Assembly (NCBI GenBank): GCA_964592075.1
Contig: CAZQDY010000003.1
Location: 43,252 to 107,251 of the forward strand
Direction of reading: 5' to 3'
DNA length: 64,000 nucleotides
Source of the DNA: an uncultured Gaiellales bacterium
GTDB taxonomy: Bacteria; Actinomycetota; Thermoleophilia; RBG-16-64-13
Shown: positions 9,638 to 18,925 of the stretch, one piece after another
Layout of the letters: each line of letters begins with the position of its first letter
Position numbering within the stretch: position 1 is the first letter of the stretch
Position numbers and translations under genes: made by a program
Notes under the pieces: generated by a model
The model's input: the letters and a program-made list of their open reading frames with translations, nothing else
Databases searched by the model: none
What the model was told of the DNA's origin: nothing

Positions 9638-10589
9638 GGAAGAAGCGCAGAGGGTCAGAACGGTAGCCGGCCAGGTCGTCGCCAATGTGGGCGAGGTGAT
9701 GGTCGGCAAGAGCGACGTAGCCGAGCTCATGCTGGTGGCGCTCTTGTGCGAAGGCAACGTGCTAGTGGAGGACGTTCCGGGAGTAGGGAAGACGGTCCTC
9801 GCCCGGGCGCTCGCGAAGTCGCTGGGTTGCGATTTCCGCCGCATCCAATGCACGCCCGATCTGCTCCCCTCCGACGTCACCGGGGTAGAGATCTATGACC
9901 AGGCGAGGGGGGTCTTCGAGTTCCGGCCCGGCCCGATCATGGCGAACATACTGCTCGTGGATGAGATCAACAGAGCTACTCCGCGCACACAATCGGCGCT
10001 GCTGGAGGCGATGCAGGAGCAGCAGATAACAGTGGACGGCCGGACCGTGCGCCTGCCGCGACCCTTCATGCTCATGGCGACGCAGAACCCCGTCGAACTG
10101 GAGGGTACGTTCCCTCTGCCCGAGGCTCAGCTGGACCGCTTCATGCTGCGGCTGGAGATAGGGTATCCCTCAGAAGAGGAGGAGGGGGCGGTGCTGACCC
10201 GCTTCCGAGAGACCAGCCCTCTCGACACACTTGAGGCAGTGACCGGCGCCGAGGAATTGCTCGAACTCCAGAGGCTCTGCCGCCGGGTGTACGTGGACGG
10301 CTCGGTGCGCGACTACATGGTGGCCTTGGTCCGGGCGACCAGGGGGCACGACGACGTGAGGTTGGGGGCGAGCCCCCGCGCTTCGCTCAGCCTGCACCGG
10401 GCCGCCCAAGCGCTGGCGGCCGTGCGAGGGCGTGCTCATGTCCTGCCCGACGACGTCAAGCTGCTCGCGACTCCTGCGTTGGCCCACCGCCTCATCATGA
10501 AGACCGAGGCGCGCCTTCGTGAGCGGACCGCCGAGCGCATCGTCGCCGATGTCGTGGCCACGGTCCCGGTCCGGGTGGAAGAGACCTGA
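9609..10589 (+). CDS. MoxR-family AAA+ ATPase
   Basis: Walker A VEDVPGVGKT, Walker B LLVDEINRATPRTQSALLEAMQE, ATQNPVELEGTFPLPEAQLDRF. I placed the start at METQINR (ATG 9609) with GGAGG 4 nt upstream; its 5' end overlaps the previous gene. Confidence 0.85.
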   Translation: METQINRVTEEEAQRVRTVAGQVVANVGEVMVGKSDVAELMLVALLCEGNVLVEDVPGVGKTVLARALAKSLGCDFRRIQCTPDLLPSDVTGVEIYDQARGVFEFRPGPIMANILLVDEINRATPRTQSALLEAMQEQQITVDGRTVRLPRPFMLMATQNPVELEGTFPLPEAQLDRFMLRLEIGYPSEEEEGAVLTRFRETSPLDTLEAVTGAEELLELQRLCRRVYVDGSVRDYMVALVRATRGHDDVRLGASPRASLSLHRAAQALAAVRGRAHVLPDDVKLLATPALAHRLIMKTEARLRERTAERIVADVVATVPVRVEET

Positions 10590-10738
10590 TCGCGCCCGGT
10601 CCGGCGCGGGGTCCCCGCCTCGCCTCCTAAAGCCATCAGTCGGTTTTGGCGATATTCACAGCCAGCGGGTCTCCAAAGCCGAGAGACCGCCGTGGGCCGC
10701 TGCAAGGCGGGCCACGGATCTCACGAGGGGGTAGGACG

Positions 10739-12205
10739 ATGACGATAACGCGGCGGATAGCTCTTGCCGTCACTGGTCTGGTGGTACTCACAGTATTGGC
10801 CGGAGCCATCGGCTTGGGAGCGCAGCTGTGGATGAAGACGTGGTCTTCGGACTACAAAGACAGCGCCGCGAGAGTCAGGGAAGCCTCCAGGATCTCGGCG
10901 GGATCGGCCAGTATGGTCACCTATGGTCTCGCGGAGGTCTCAACGACGTACGAGCTCAATCGGACCCAATTCGAGGCCTTGTGGCAGGAGAACAGCGCCC
11001 AGGTATCCGAGGCCCTGGCCTCGCTCAGCGCCCTGGAAGGCGGCCAGGCCGAGGATTCGGCCGAACTCACCGAGATGACGGATCTCTTCGGCCGCTGCTC
11101 GAAAGCTCTGCTGTCGGCGACACAGCTGTCGGCCACCGACCAGGAAGCGGCGCTCGCCGACATGAACAAGGCGGTCCTGCCCTTGGCGCGCCAACTGGTC
11201 TTAGCCTCCAGCGACTACCTCAGCAGCAAGCAGGCGCAGGAGCAGGCATCTCTCGACGCGATGAACCGGAGGGTCTCCCTCCTGATGATCGGGACGGCCA
11301 TCATCCTCGGGTTGGCCGTGATCGCCGGGGTGGCGTTGGCCCTCCGCCTGACCCGCAGGATCAACCGCCAGCTCGGAGAGGCCATAGGCAGCATGAAGAC
11401 CTCGGCCGGCCAACTCCTGGCCGTGGCATCCCAGGTGGCCGCCTCCGCCGCGCAGACCGCCTCCGCCACCAACGAGACCACGGCCACCGTGGAGGAGGTC
11501 AAGCAGACGGCCCAGTTGGCCCACGAGAAGGCCTCCCAGGTGGCCGACAGCTCCCAGAACGTGGCCGACGCGGCCGGCGCCGAGAGGGCCACCGTGGAAG
11601 AGACCATGGCCGCCTTCGAACGCATTCAGAGCCAGATGGCCGTGGTCACCGAGACCATCAACCGCCTGAGCGACCAGACCCAGGCTGTGGGCGACATCAT
11701 CAACACCGTGAACGACATCGCCGAGCAGTCCAACCTACTCTCCGTGAACGCCTCTATCGAGGCGGCCAAGGCCGGCGACCAGGGCAAGGGCTTCACGGTG
11801 GTGGCGCAGGAGGTGAAGAGCCTGGCCGAGCAGTCCAAGCAGGCCGTCTCCCAGGTGCGCTCCATCTTGAGCGAGATCCAGAAGGCCAGCGCGTCGGCGG
11901 TGCAGGCCGCCGAGCAAGGCCGAGAGGCCATCGAAGCCGGCCGCCGCCAGTCTCTGGAATCCGGTGAGGCCATACAGGCCCTCACCGCGTCTGCGGGCGA
12001 GACCGCTCAATCCGCGGTCCAGATCTCCGCCTCCAGCCGTCAGCAACTGGCCGGCATGGAGCAGATCAGCCAGGCCATCGAGAGCATCAACCAGGCCGGG
12101 ACCCAAGCGGCGGCGGGCACCCGCCAGGTGGAGGAGGAGGTCCAGCGGCTGCAGGACCTCGCTGAGAACCTGAGACGTCTCGTCAACGCCAGAGCGACCG
12201 CGTAG
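10739..12205 (+). CDS. Methyl-accepting chemotaxis protein (MCP)
   Basis: N-terminal TM, a periplasmic region of about 170 aa, a second TM, then the MCP signalling domain ([34 protein letters not shown]; heptad-rich Q/A/S/E coiled coil). Start at MTITRRIAL. Confidence 0.8.
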   Translation: MTITRRIALAVTGLVVLTVLAGAIGLGAQLWMKTWSSDYKDSAARVREASRISAGSASMVTYGLAEVSTTYELNRTQFEALWQENSAQVSEALASLSALEGGQAEDSAELTEMTDLFGRCSKALLSATQLSATDQEAALADMNKAVLPLARQLVLASSDYLSSKQAQEQASLDAMNRRVSLLMIGTAIILGLAVIAGVALALRLTRRINRQLGEAIGSMKTSAGQLLAVASQVAASAAQTASATNETTATVEEVKQTAQLAHEKASQVADSSQNVADAAGAERATVEETMAAFERIQSQMAVVTETINRLSDQTQAVGDIINTVNDIAEQSNLLSVNASIEAAKAGDQGKGFTVVAQEVKSLAEQSKQAVSQVRSILSEIQKASASAVQAAEQGREAIEAGRRQSLESGEAIQALTASAGETAQSAVQISASSRQQLAGMEQISQAIESINQAGTQAAAGTRQVEEEVQRLQDLAENLRRLVNARATA

Positions 12206-12222
12206 GCAGGCGTGGCGAGGCC

Positions 12223-13188
12223 ATGAGCCGCGCGCTGCGCCGTCCGGAGGGCACGGTGACCCGAGGGACGACGGCGCCCAACCGGCTGCGCCGCGTGGAT
12301 CGCTGGATCGCCGCCAGTCAGGCCCAATTGCTCCTGTCTTCTGAGGAACCGCCTCTGGTCGTCGACCTCGGCTTCGGCGCCTCGCCGGTCACGACGGTGG
12401 AGCTGTACGAGCGGCTGCAGGCCATCCGGCCGGACGTGGAGGTGGTGGGTCTGGAGATCGAGCCTGCCCGCGTTGAGGCCGGCACGCGGTTCCTCGCTGA
12501 GTCGGGCTGTACGGACGACTACGCAGGGCTGAGCTTCGGGCTGGGCGGGTTCGAGCTGCCGGCGCCGAGGCCGCCGCTGCTGGTGCGGGCTCTCAACGTA
12601 CTTAGACAGTACGGCGAGGAGGAGGCTTGGTGCGCATGGGAACGGCTCTGCGAAGGGATCGCACCGGGCGGCGTGCTGATCGAAGGCACCTGTGACGAGA
12701 TCGGCCGGCGTGCCGCGTGGGTAACCTTGGACCGGTCTGATACCGCCGGCTCACCCCTCAGGCGATCCGGAAGCTCAGGGCTCGCACAGCCCCGCACGAT
12801 CACTTTCGCGACGAGAGTGGCCGGCCTGTCTCACCCGTCCGAACTGGCGGAGCGGCTGCCCAAGACGCTGATCCACCGCAATATCCCGGGTGAGGAGATC
12901 CATCGGTTCCTCACCGATTTCGACCGCTCCTGGGCGCTCGCGGCTCCCCGATCGGTGTTCGGGCCGCGGCAACGCTGGATCGCGGCGGTCGAGCACCTCT
13001 CACTGACCTGGCCGGTCGTGGCGCGGCCGCCCGCTGGGGGCCGCGCCCGCTGGCGCCTCGGCGAGGTCACCCTCCCCTGGGAGTCCGTCGCCCCGCATGG
13101 GGCGTCCGCTGCTCCTCCCGGGGCGTCCGCTGCAGCCCCGCGCTCTCAGCTATCCAACAACACCACGGCGTCGACGAAGAGCTCGTAG
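12223..13188 (+). CDS. Class I SAM-dependent methyltransferase-like protein
   Basis: Motif I VVDLGFGAS, VVGLEIE (acidic end of beta-2) and IAPGGVLIEG (motif III), 18 nt downstream of the MCP. It is not a canonical CheR. The low-complexity C-terminus overlaps the convergent IscU-fusion gene. Confidence 0.45.
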   Translation: MSRALRRPEGTVTRGTTAPNRLRRVDRWIAASQAQLLLSSEEPPLVVDLGFGASPVTTVELYERLQAIRPDVEVVGLEIEPARVEAGTRFLAESGCTDDYAGLSFGLGGFELPAPRPPLLVRALNVLRQYGEEEAWCAWERLCEGIAPGGVLIEGTCDEIGRRAAWVTLDRSDTAGSPLRRSGSSGLAQPRTITFATRVAGLSHPSELAERLPKTLIHRNIPGEEIHRFLTDFDRSWALAAPRSVFGPRQRWIAAVEHLSLTWPVVARPPAGGRARWRLGEVTLPWESVAPHGASAAPPGASAAAPRSQLSNNTTASTKSS

Positions 13189-13955
13189 TCGTTGTCTTCA
13201 TCCAGGTCGTGGATGAGCACTTTCTCCACCTCGCCCTCGCCCCGCACGGCGAGCAGGCGCGACTTGAAGAGCACCTTGACGTCGCTGCGCTTGACCTCGC
13301 CGGCAAGCTCCTCGGGAAGACCCAGCGCGTCGAGCTCGGTGAGGAAGACCACCCGGGGAGTCACTCCGGTGAGCTCCAGGGCAAAGCGGGCGGAGGCGAC
13401 TCCCTTGTCGAGCACCAGCACGCGCTTGTCGGCCAGCTCCACCACATCGGCGACGGTCGTGTAAACGCCCTTACCGGCATAGTCGCCGGCCCCCTGGATG
13501 ATAGCGGCCTGCGCCGCGCCGGTGCCGCACCCTTTGCCGGCCGCAGCGATGGTCTCGGCGCTGAGGGGCTCGAGCTTCGTGCCCGAACGCCAGTTCTTGA
13601 TGGCGTCGTGGAGAGCGTCTGCCGCTAGGTTGGAGCAATGCATCTTGATTGGCGGCAGACCGTCCAGGGCATCGGCCACATCGGCCCGCGTGACCTCCAA
13701 CGCCTCGTCGAGCGTCTTACCCATGACCAGTTCGGTGATCATGCTGGACGTGGCGATGGCCGATCCGCACCCGAAGGTCTGGAACTTGATGTCGTCGATG
13801 CGGTCGTCCTTGATACGGACGTACATCTCCATGAGGTCGCCGCAGACGGGGTTGCCCACGCGCCCCACGGCCACGTCGTCACCCTCGAGCATGCCCACGT
13901 TGCGGGGGTTCCGGAAGTGCTCCAGGGTCTTCTCCGAGTACTGCGTGGATTTCAT
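13146..13955 (-). CDS. IscU/NifU-like Fe-S scaffold fused to ~145-aa C-terminal domain resembling a degenerate TrxR-type NAD(P)-binding domain
   Basis: N-terminal region MKSTQYSEKTLEHFRNPRNVGMLE...GNPVCGDLMEMYVRIKDDRIDDIKFQTFGCGSAIATSSM...IKMHCSNLAADAL carries the three conserved IscU cysteines. The C-terminal part (VLVLDKGVASARFALELTGVTPRVVFLTELD...VEKVLIHDLDEDNDYELFVDAVVL) follows the thioredoxin-reductase NADPH-domain pattern but lacks GxGxxG. Confidence 0.65.
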   Translation of the reverse strand: MKSTQYSEKTLEHFRNPRNVGMLEGDDVAVGRVGNPVCGDLMEMYVRIKDDRIDDIKFQTFGCGSAIATSSMITELVMGKTLDEALEVTRADVADALDGLPPIKMHCSNLAADALHDAIKNWRSGTKLEPLSAETIAAAGKGCGTGAAQAAIIQGAGDYAGKGVYTTVADVVELADKRVLVLDKGVASARFALELTGVTPRVVFLTELDALGLPEELAGEVKRSDVKVLFKSRLLAVRGEGEVEKVLIHDLDEDNDYELFVDAVVLLDS

Positions 13956-13968
13956 GGGTGGGGTCCTC

Positions 13969-15147
13969 CTACTTGTCTCGATAGAGAGGCGAGAGCCGCC
14001 GCAGCCTCTGGACGACCCCCGGCAGGGCCTCCATGAGGCGATCGACGTCCGATTCTTTGCTGAAGCGCCCGAAGGTGATCTCGAGCGACCCGTGGGCCTC
14101 CTCGTGCAGCAGGCCACAGGAGATGAGGGTATGGGACGGCTCCAACGTCTTGGAGGAGCAGGCCGACCCGGTGGAGACCGCTATCCCCTCGTCTCGCAGG
14201 GACAAGAGTAACGACTCGCCTTCGATGCCCTCGAAACGGAAGTGGGCATTGTTGGGCAGCCGCTCCACGGGATGGCCGTTGAGGTGGGAGTCGGGGATGG
14301 CGGACAGCACCTCCGTTGTCACCCGGTCGCGCAGGGCGGCCAACCTGGGCGCTTCGGCGGACATCTCCTCAGCCGCGATGCGGGCCGCCGCGGCCATGCC
14401 CACGATGCCGGCCAGGTTCTCCGTACCCGAGCGCAACCCGCGCTCCTGCCCGCCGCCTATGTTGACCACGGCCAGGCGTATCCCTTTGCGTATGTAGAGC
14501 GCTCCGACCCCCTGCGGGCCGTAGATGTCGTTGCTCGAGACACTCAGCAGGCCGATCGGCACCGCTCCCATATCGATGGGCAACTGGCCCTCAGCGGCGA
14601 CCGCGTCGACATGAAAGGCGACACCTGTCCCGCGCAGCATCTCGGCGATGGCGGCGATGGGCTGCACAGTGCCGATCTCATTACTCGCCCACCCTACCGA
14701 TACCAGGATCGTGTCGTCGGTGATGCGGGCTCGAAGCTTCTCGGGGTTGATGCGGCCGTATTGGTCCGGGGGGACTCTGGTCACCCTGAAGCCCTCTTGC
14801 TCCAAGAACTTGCCGATGTTGAGCACCGAGATATGCTCCACCTCGGTGATGACCACGTGCCCGCCCGACCGCTTGTTGCGCCGGGCATAGCCGATGAGAG
14901 CCAGGTTGTTCGCTTCCGTGGCGCCTGAGGTGAAGATGACTTCCTCGGGCGCGGCGCCCAGGAAGGCGGCCACGTCGTCTCGGCATCTCTCCAGCGTCTC
15001 CGTAGCCCGGTCGCCCACGGCGTGCAGCGAGGCCGGGTTGCCGAAGCGCTCGGCGAAGTACGGCTGCATCGCCTCCACCACCCGTGGATCCACGGGTCGC
15101 GCCGACTGGTAGTCCAGATAAACCCCGTCCGCCGGTGAAAGCACCAT
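13969..15147 (-). CDS. Cysteine desulfurase (class V aminotransferase, NifS/IscS/CsdA-like)
   Basis: FTSGATEANNLAL, PLP-lysine region SVSSNDIYGPQGVGALYIRKG, and the active-site loop STGSACSSKTLEPSHTL. Start at MVLSPADGVYLDY. Confidence 0.85.
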   Translation of the reverse strand: MVLSPADGVYLDYQSARPVDPRVVEAMQPYFAERFGNPASLHAVGDRATETLERCRDDVAAFLGAAPEEVIFTSGATEANNLALIGYARRNKRSGGHVVITEVEHISVLNIGKFLEQEGFRVTRVPPDQYGRINPEKLRARITDDTILVSVGWASNEIGTVQPIAAIAEMLRGTGVAFHVDAVAAEGQLPIDMGAVPIGLLSVSSNDIYGPQGVGALYIRKGIRLAVVNIGGGQERGLRSGTENLAGIVGMAAAARIAAEEMSAEAPRLAALRDRVTTEVLSAIPDSHLNGHPVERLPNNAHFRFEGIEGESLLLSLRDEGIAVSTGSACSSKTLEPSHTLISCGLLHEEAHGSLEITFGRFSKESDVDRLMEALPGVVQRLRRLSPLYRDK

Positions 15148-15158
15148 CGGGCGCCCGC

Positions 15159-15521
15159 CTAGAACCACATGGTCGCGCCGGCGTCGAGCGCGAGGTCGTT
15201 GAGGGTGGCGGCGCCGACGATCTTGACGCCGTCGATGAGATCCACCTTGTCCCAGCCGAGCATCTGCTTGGACGCCTCGCACACCAGAACGGGGATGCCC
15301 ATCGCCAGGGACTTGTCGAGCATCTCACGCACGGTCGGGAACGAGCCGAGGTGCATCTTCTCGGCCTCGCCGGGCTTCAATACGACCAGCCCCATGCCCA
15401 GATAGTAGACGGTCGGGTTGAGGTCCATGGCCTTTGCCGCCTGCGCCAACACCAGCGGTGAATACTGCCGGGTCGGATCGTTGCTCGTCTGAACGTAGAG
15501 GATCGCCTCCGGGTCCTTCAT
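15159..15521 (-). CDS. DsrE/DsrF-like sulfur-relay family protein
   Basis: 120 aa with the DsrE-like pattern and a conserved Cys in IPVLVCEASKQMLGW. Confidence 0.65.
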   Translation of the reverse strand: MKDPEAILYVQTSNDPTRQYSPLVLAQAAKAMDLNPTVYYLGMGLVVLKPGEAEKMHLGSFPTVREMLDKSLAMGIPVLVCEASKQMLGWDKVDLIDGVKIVGAATLNDLALDAGATMWF

Positions 15522-15533
15522 GGTCGTCTCCCT

Positions 15534-15779
15534 CTAGTCGCCTTTGCGGATCAAGAAGCGTTTGTGGTCACCCCGGTCCTCGATCGACACGACGTCATGG
15601 CCGGCCCGCTTGGCGAACCTCGTGAGGTCCTCCTCGGCGGCCGGGTCGTCGGCCAGCACCTCAAGCACCTGGCCCGCCTCGAGCTCGTCAATGGCCTCAC
15701 GGGTCTGGAAAAGCGGCTCGGGGCAGAAAAGACCGATGCAGTCGAGAGACTCGTCGGCAGGTTGCGTCTCGTCATCCAT
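15534..15779 (-). CDS. TusA-like sulfurtransferase
   Basis: CPxP motif LDCIGLFCPEPLFQTREAIDELEAGQVLEVLADD. Confidence 0.7.
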   Translation of the reverse strand: MDDETQPADESLDCIGLFCPEPLFQTREAIDELEAGQVLEVLADDPAAEEDLTRFAKRAGHDVVSIEDRGDHKRFLIRKGD

Positions 15780-15842
15780 CGTGGCCCTCACACTGGTAGC
15801 ACGGCGTATCCATGCGAGCAGTGTTCCCCGGCAGCGCGGTTA

Positions 15843-16376
15843 CTATGCCCGGCCGGCCTCGACCTCAGACGGTCCCGGCTCGCTCTGGGGCAGGCCCATC
15901 GCGAGGAAGATGTCCCTCAGTTGCCGGAGCTGGTCGTCGCCCAAACGGTCAAGGAGCTCCCGCCCTTTGGCGAGGATGATCCCGGTCAGCTCATCGACGA
16001 GGGCCAGTCCGCGGTCGGTGACGATGAGCAGGCGTATGCGCCTGTCATCCGGGTCTTCCCGGCGCTCGATGAGCCCCCGTTCGACGAGCCGCTGGACGAT
16101 GCCGGTGGCCACGTTCGGCCTGATGCCCAATGCGTCCGCCACCGTCCCGATCGGCATCTGCCCACGGGTCAAGATGAACGCGAACACGCGGAGTTGCTGG
16201 AGAGTGAGGTCATAGTCGAGCAGGGACGAGGTCTGCTCCGGCAGCCCGGACGCGAGCAGCTTGAACTCCAAGGCCCCGATCTCGTCCAGCAGCCGGTCTC
16301 GGCCGGTCATATCCTCGGGACCCCCTGCAGGCTCCGGGCGGCTCGCGCGACGTCCGTCTGTCAGATTATAGTTCAT
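15843..16376 (-). CDS. MarR-family transcriptional regulator
   Basis: Winged-HTH pattern LTLQQLRVFAFILTRGQMPIGTVADALGIRPNVATGIVQRLVERGLIERREDPDDRRIRLLIVTDRG. It is divergent from the MMPL gene. Confidence 0.75.
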   Translation of the reverse strand: MNYNLTDGRRASRPEPAGGPEDMTGRDRLLDEIGALEFKLLASGLPEQTSSLLDYDLTLQQLRVFAFILTRGQMPIGTVADALGIRPNVATGIVQRLVERGLIERREDPDDRRIRLLIVTDRGLALVDELTGIILAKGRELLDRLGDDQLRQLRDIFLAMGLPQSEPGPSEVEAGRA

Positions 16377-16456
16377 GTCTAGCGAACAATCCATGTCATG
16401 TGATATAACTCCCCCGCACCATCTCGCCGACCGGGCAGACGTGAGGAACTGCATCG

Positions 16457-18712
16457 ATGAAGCCGACTCAGATGATCGTGGGGTTCGTTCGGCGTCACGC
16501 GGTCATACTCCTGGTTCTGGTTGTGGTCTTCTCGGCCTTCGCCGCGTGGGGCGTCACTCAGATATCGGTCGTCACGACCCAGGATACCTTTCTCTCGGCG
16601 GAGAGCGAGGCCTTCAAAGGCCACCGGGCCTACGAGGACGCGTTCGGCGGAGACTCTATGCTTATACTCGTCCCGGGATCGCCCCTGGAGCTCGCCACCC
16701 CGGAGGCACTCCAGGGGTTCGCTGAGCTGGAGGCAGAGCTCAGCTCCGACCCCAGGATCCGCTCGGTCGTGAGCCCGCTCACCCTGCTGGCGGGAGCCTC
16801 CACCCAGGCAGGCTTGGATCTCGGCGATCCGACCCCGCTGCTGCAGACGGCGCTCGCCGACGAGTCGCTGCGGGCGCAACTGGAGCGGTTCTTCCGTAAT
16901 GAGCACGCCCTCGTGATGTGCCGTCTGGCCGGCGGGCTCACCATCGACGAGCAATCCGAGGCCGTACGGTCCATCCAGGAGGCCGTCGATGCGAGCCCCT
17001 TCGGCTCCGAAGCCATCGTGGCCGGCAATCCCCGGATGATCTCAGACATCACCTCGGCCATCTTCTCAGGCCTCATCCAGACCGGGGTACTGGCGGTCGT
17101 GTTGATGGTGATCATCCTGTTCATCGCCTTTCCCGCCCGCTGGCGCCTGCTATCGCTCCCCCTCGTGCTCATGGGGGTGCTGTGGACGTTCGGCGTCGCT
17201 TCCGCCGCTCGTGTCCCGCTGACGCTGGTGACCCTGGCCGGTCTGCCCATACTCATCGGCCTGGGAGTCGACTTCGCCATCCAGTTCCACAACCGCTACG
17301 AGGAGGAGATGCGGCGCGGCCAGAGGCCCTCGGACGCCCTCGTGGGCGCCATAGCCCACATCGCCCCGACCGTGGGAGTGGCGGTCGCGGTGATGATACT
17401 GGGCTTCATGACCCTCCTCATCTCGACCATCCCCGCTGTGAAGGACTTCGGGATCTTGCTGGCGATCGGAGCGGCGGTGCTCTATGTCATATCGCTCTTC
17501 GTTCTGAACGCCTTCCTGTACCGCTTCGACCGGCGACCGCGGGCGGCCTCCGCCGAGACGGGGGCAGGCCGGGGCCGCAGGCTTCTCGAACGGGACTGGC
17601 TCTACCTGTCGACCGTCCTTCCCGCGGTCGCCCGCTGGTCGCGCCGCCACGCGGTCTGGGTGGTCGCCGTGTCGGTGGCGTTCGCCGCGCTCGGTTTCGT
17701 GGCCGACCGATATCTCGACGTCCAGGCCGACATAGAGAAGCTCATCCCAAAGAACACACCCGGAGTCGTGGCCCTCAACCAGGCCCGGGATGTGGTCGGC
17801 AGCGGCATCGAGCTTCCGGTGCTCGTCCAGGCTCCGGACGTCACTTCGCCCTCGTTCCTGGAGTGGCTGACACGCTTCCAGACCGAGACGGTGGCATCCC
17901 ATCCGGATATCGCCGGCGCCGATAGTCTCGCCACGGCCCTCGGGCTCCGGCCGGGAGAACAGGCGCCTCCGGCCGAGCGGGTGGCGGCAGTCCTCGATGA
18001 GCTCCCCCCGGAGATCAGCAGCGGTCTGGTCACCTCCGACAAGACCAGAGCCTCCCTCACCTTCACCATGAGCGACATGGAGATGGCCACTCTCAGCGGG
18101 TTGATCGACGACCTCACCGCCGCGACGGGCCTGCCCGACGGGGTGACCCTCACGACCGGGGGCACGGCCACACTGACCGCCCGTACGGTGGAGGCCTTCA
18201 CCAAGAACCGGGGTCTGATCACAGGGATGGGGATCCTGGTGGTGTTGCTCGGGCTGCTCCTGATCTACCGCAGCTGGCGCCGTGCTCTCATCGCCGTCGT
18301 CCCGATAGCGCTCGTCACAGGCTGGTCTTCGGCTCTCATGTGGGTGGCCGGCATCGACCTCAGCCCCCTCACGGCCGTCCTCGGGGCCCTTGTCATCGCC
18401 ATCGGCACGGAGTTCACGGTCCTGCTCCTCAGCCGGTACTGGGAAGAACGCGGGAAAGGGGTGGCGCACGACCGCGCCATGGAGGAAGCAGTCACCAAGG
18501 TCGGCCGGGCCATAACCGCCTCCGCGTTGACCGTCGCCGCCGGGTTCGGCGCGCTCATCGCCTCATCCTTTCCAGCCCTACACGATTTCGGGATCGTCAT
18601 CGTGATCGACGTGGTCTTCGCCCTCATCGTGACGGTGACCGTGGTCCCCGCGCTCGTGCGCTGGCTGGACCGGGAGAAGGCCGAAGCAATACGGGGGCCG
18701 ACGAAACCCTGA
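16457..18712 (+). CDS. MMPL-family (RND superfamily) membrane transporter
   Basis: 751 aa with two 5-6-TM bundles and two periplasmic domains, typical of MMPL/SSD proteins. Confidence 0.8.
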   Translation: MKPTQMIVGFVRRHAVILLVLVVVFSAFAAWGVTQISVVTTQDTFLSAESEAFKGHRAYEDAFGGDSMLILVPGSPLELATPEALQGFAELEAELSSDPRIRSVVSPLTLLAGASTQAGLDLGDPTPLLQTALADESLRAQLERFFRNEHALVMCRLAGGLTIDEQSEAVRSIQEAVDASPFGSEAIVAGNPRMISDITSAIFSGLIQTGVLAVVLMVIILFIAFPARWRLLSLPLVLMGVLWTFGVASAARVPLTLVTLAGLPILIGLGVDFAIQFHNRYEEEMRRGQRPSDALVGAIAHIAPTVGVAVAVMILGFMTLLISTIPAVKDFGILLAIGAAVLYVISLFVLNAFLYRFDRRPRAASAETGAGRGRRLLERDWLYLSTVLPAVARWSRRHAVWVVAVSVAFAALGFVADRYLDVQADIEKLIPKNTPGVVALNQARDVVGSGIELPVLVQAPDVTSPSFLEWLTRFQTETVASHPDIAGADSLATALGLRPGEQAPPAERVAAVLDELPPEISSGLVTSDKTRASLTFTMSDMEMATLSGLIDDLTAATGLPDGVTLTTGGTATLTARTVEAFTKNRGLITGMGILVVLLGLLLIYRSWRRALIAVVPIALVTGWSSALMWVAGIDLSPLTAVLGALVIAIGTEFTVLLLSRYWEERGKGVAHDRAMEEAVTKVGRAITASALTVAAGFGALIASSFPALHDFGIVIVIDVVFALIVTVTVVPALVRWLDREKAEAIRGPTKP

Positions 18713-18802
18713 GGCGATCTGCCCCGTCAGGATCGCGCCGCGCGAAGGCCCGGTCGTCCGCGCTTGACGCCGTCGACGAAGGACTGGTAACGTCGGTTCA
18801 AG

Positions 18803-18828
18803 GGGGCCCACCGCGCGGTGGCCCCTCT
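18803..18828 (+). terminator. GC-rich hairpin downstream of MMPL gene (putative intrinsic terminator, no U-tract)
   Basis: ggggcc(c)acc-gcgc-ggtggcccc stem-loop about 90 nt after the stop at 18712. Confidence 0.3.
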
Positions 18829-18925
18829 GCGTATCGGGATCTCTTCCTTGCCGCCACTCCGCGGTGACGAAACCACGATCCGGCGATGTTGAACGACGTG
18901 GGTCGATAGCCGGCTTGAAAGACCA

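Noticed and set aside
10828-11967. 379-aa ORF in another frame inside the MCP gene (Arg/Gly/Pro-rich)
   Set aside because: It lies wholly within the well-supported MCP coding region. Composition (RRGRGH repeats) is typical of out-of-frame translation of high-GC DNA.
17150-18469. 439-aa antisense ORF and 16918-17925 (+) frame-shifted ORF inside the MMPL gene
   Set aside because: Both overlap the bona fide MMPL CDS. They are low-complexity R/G/P/H-rich translations with no domain signal, a high-GC artefact.
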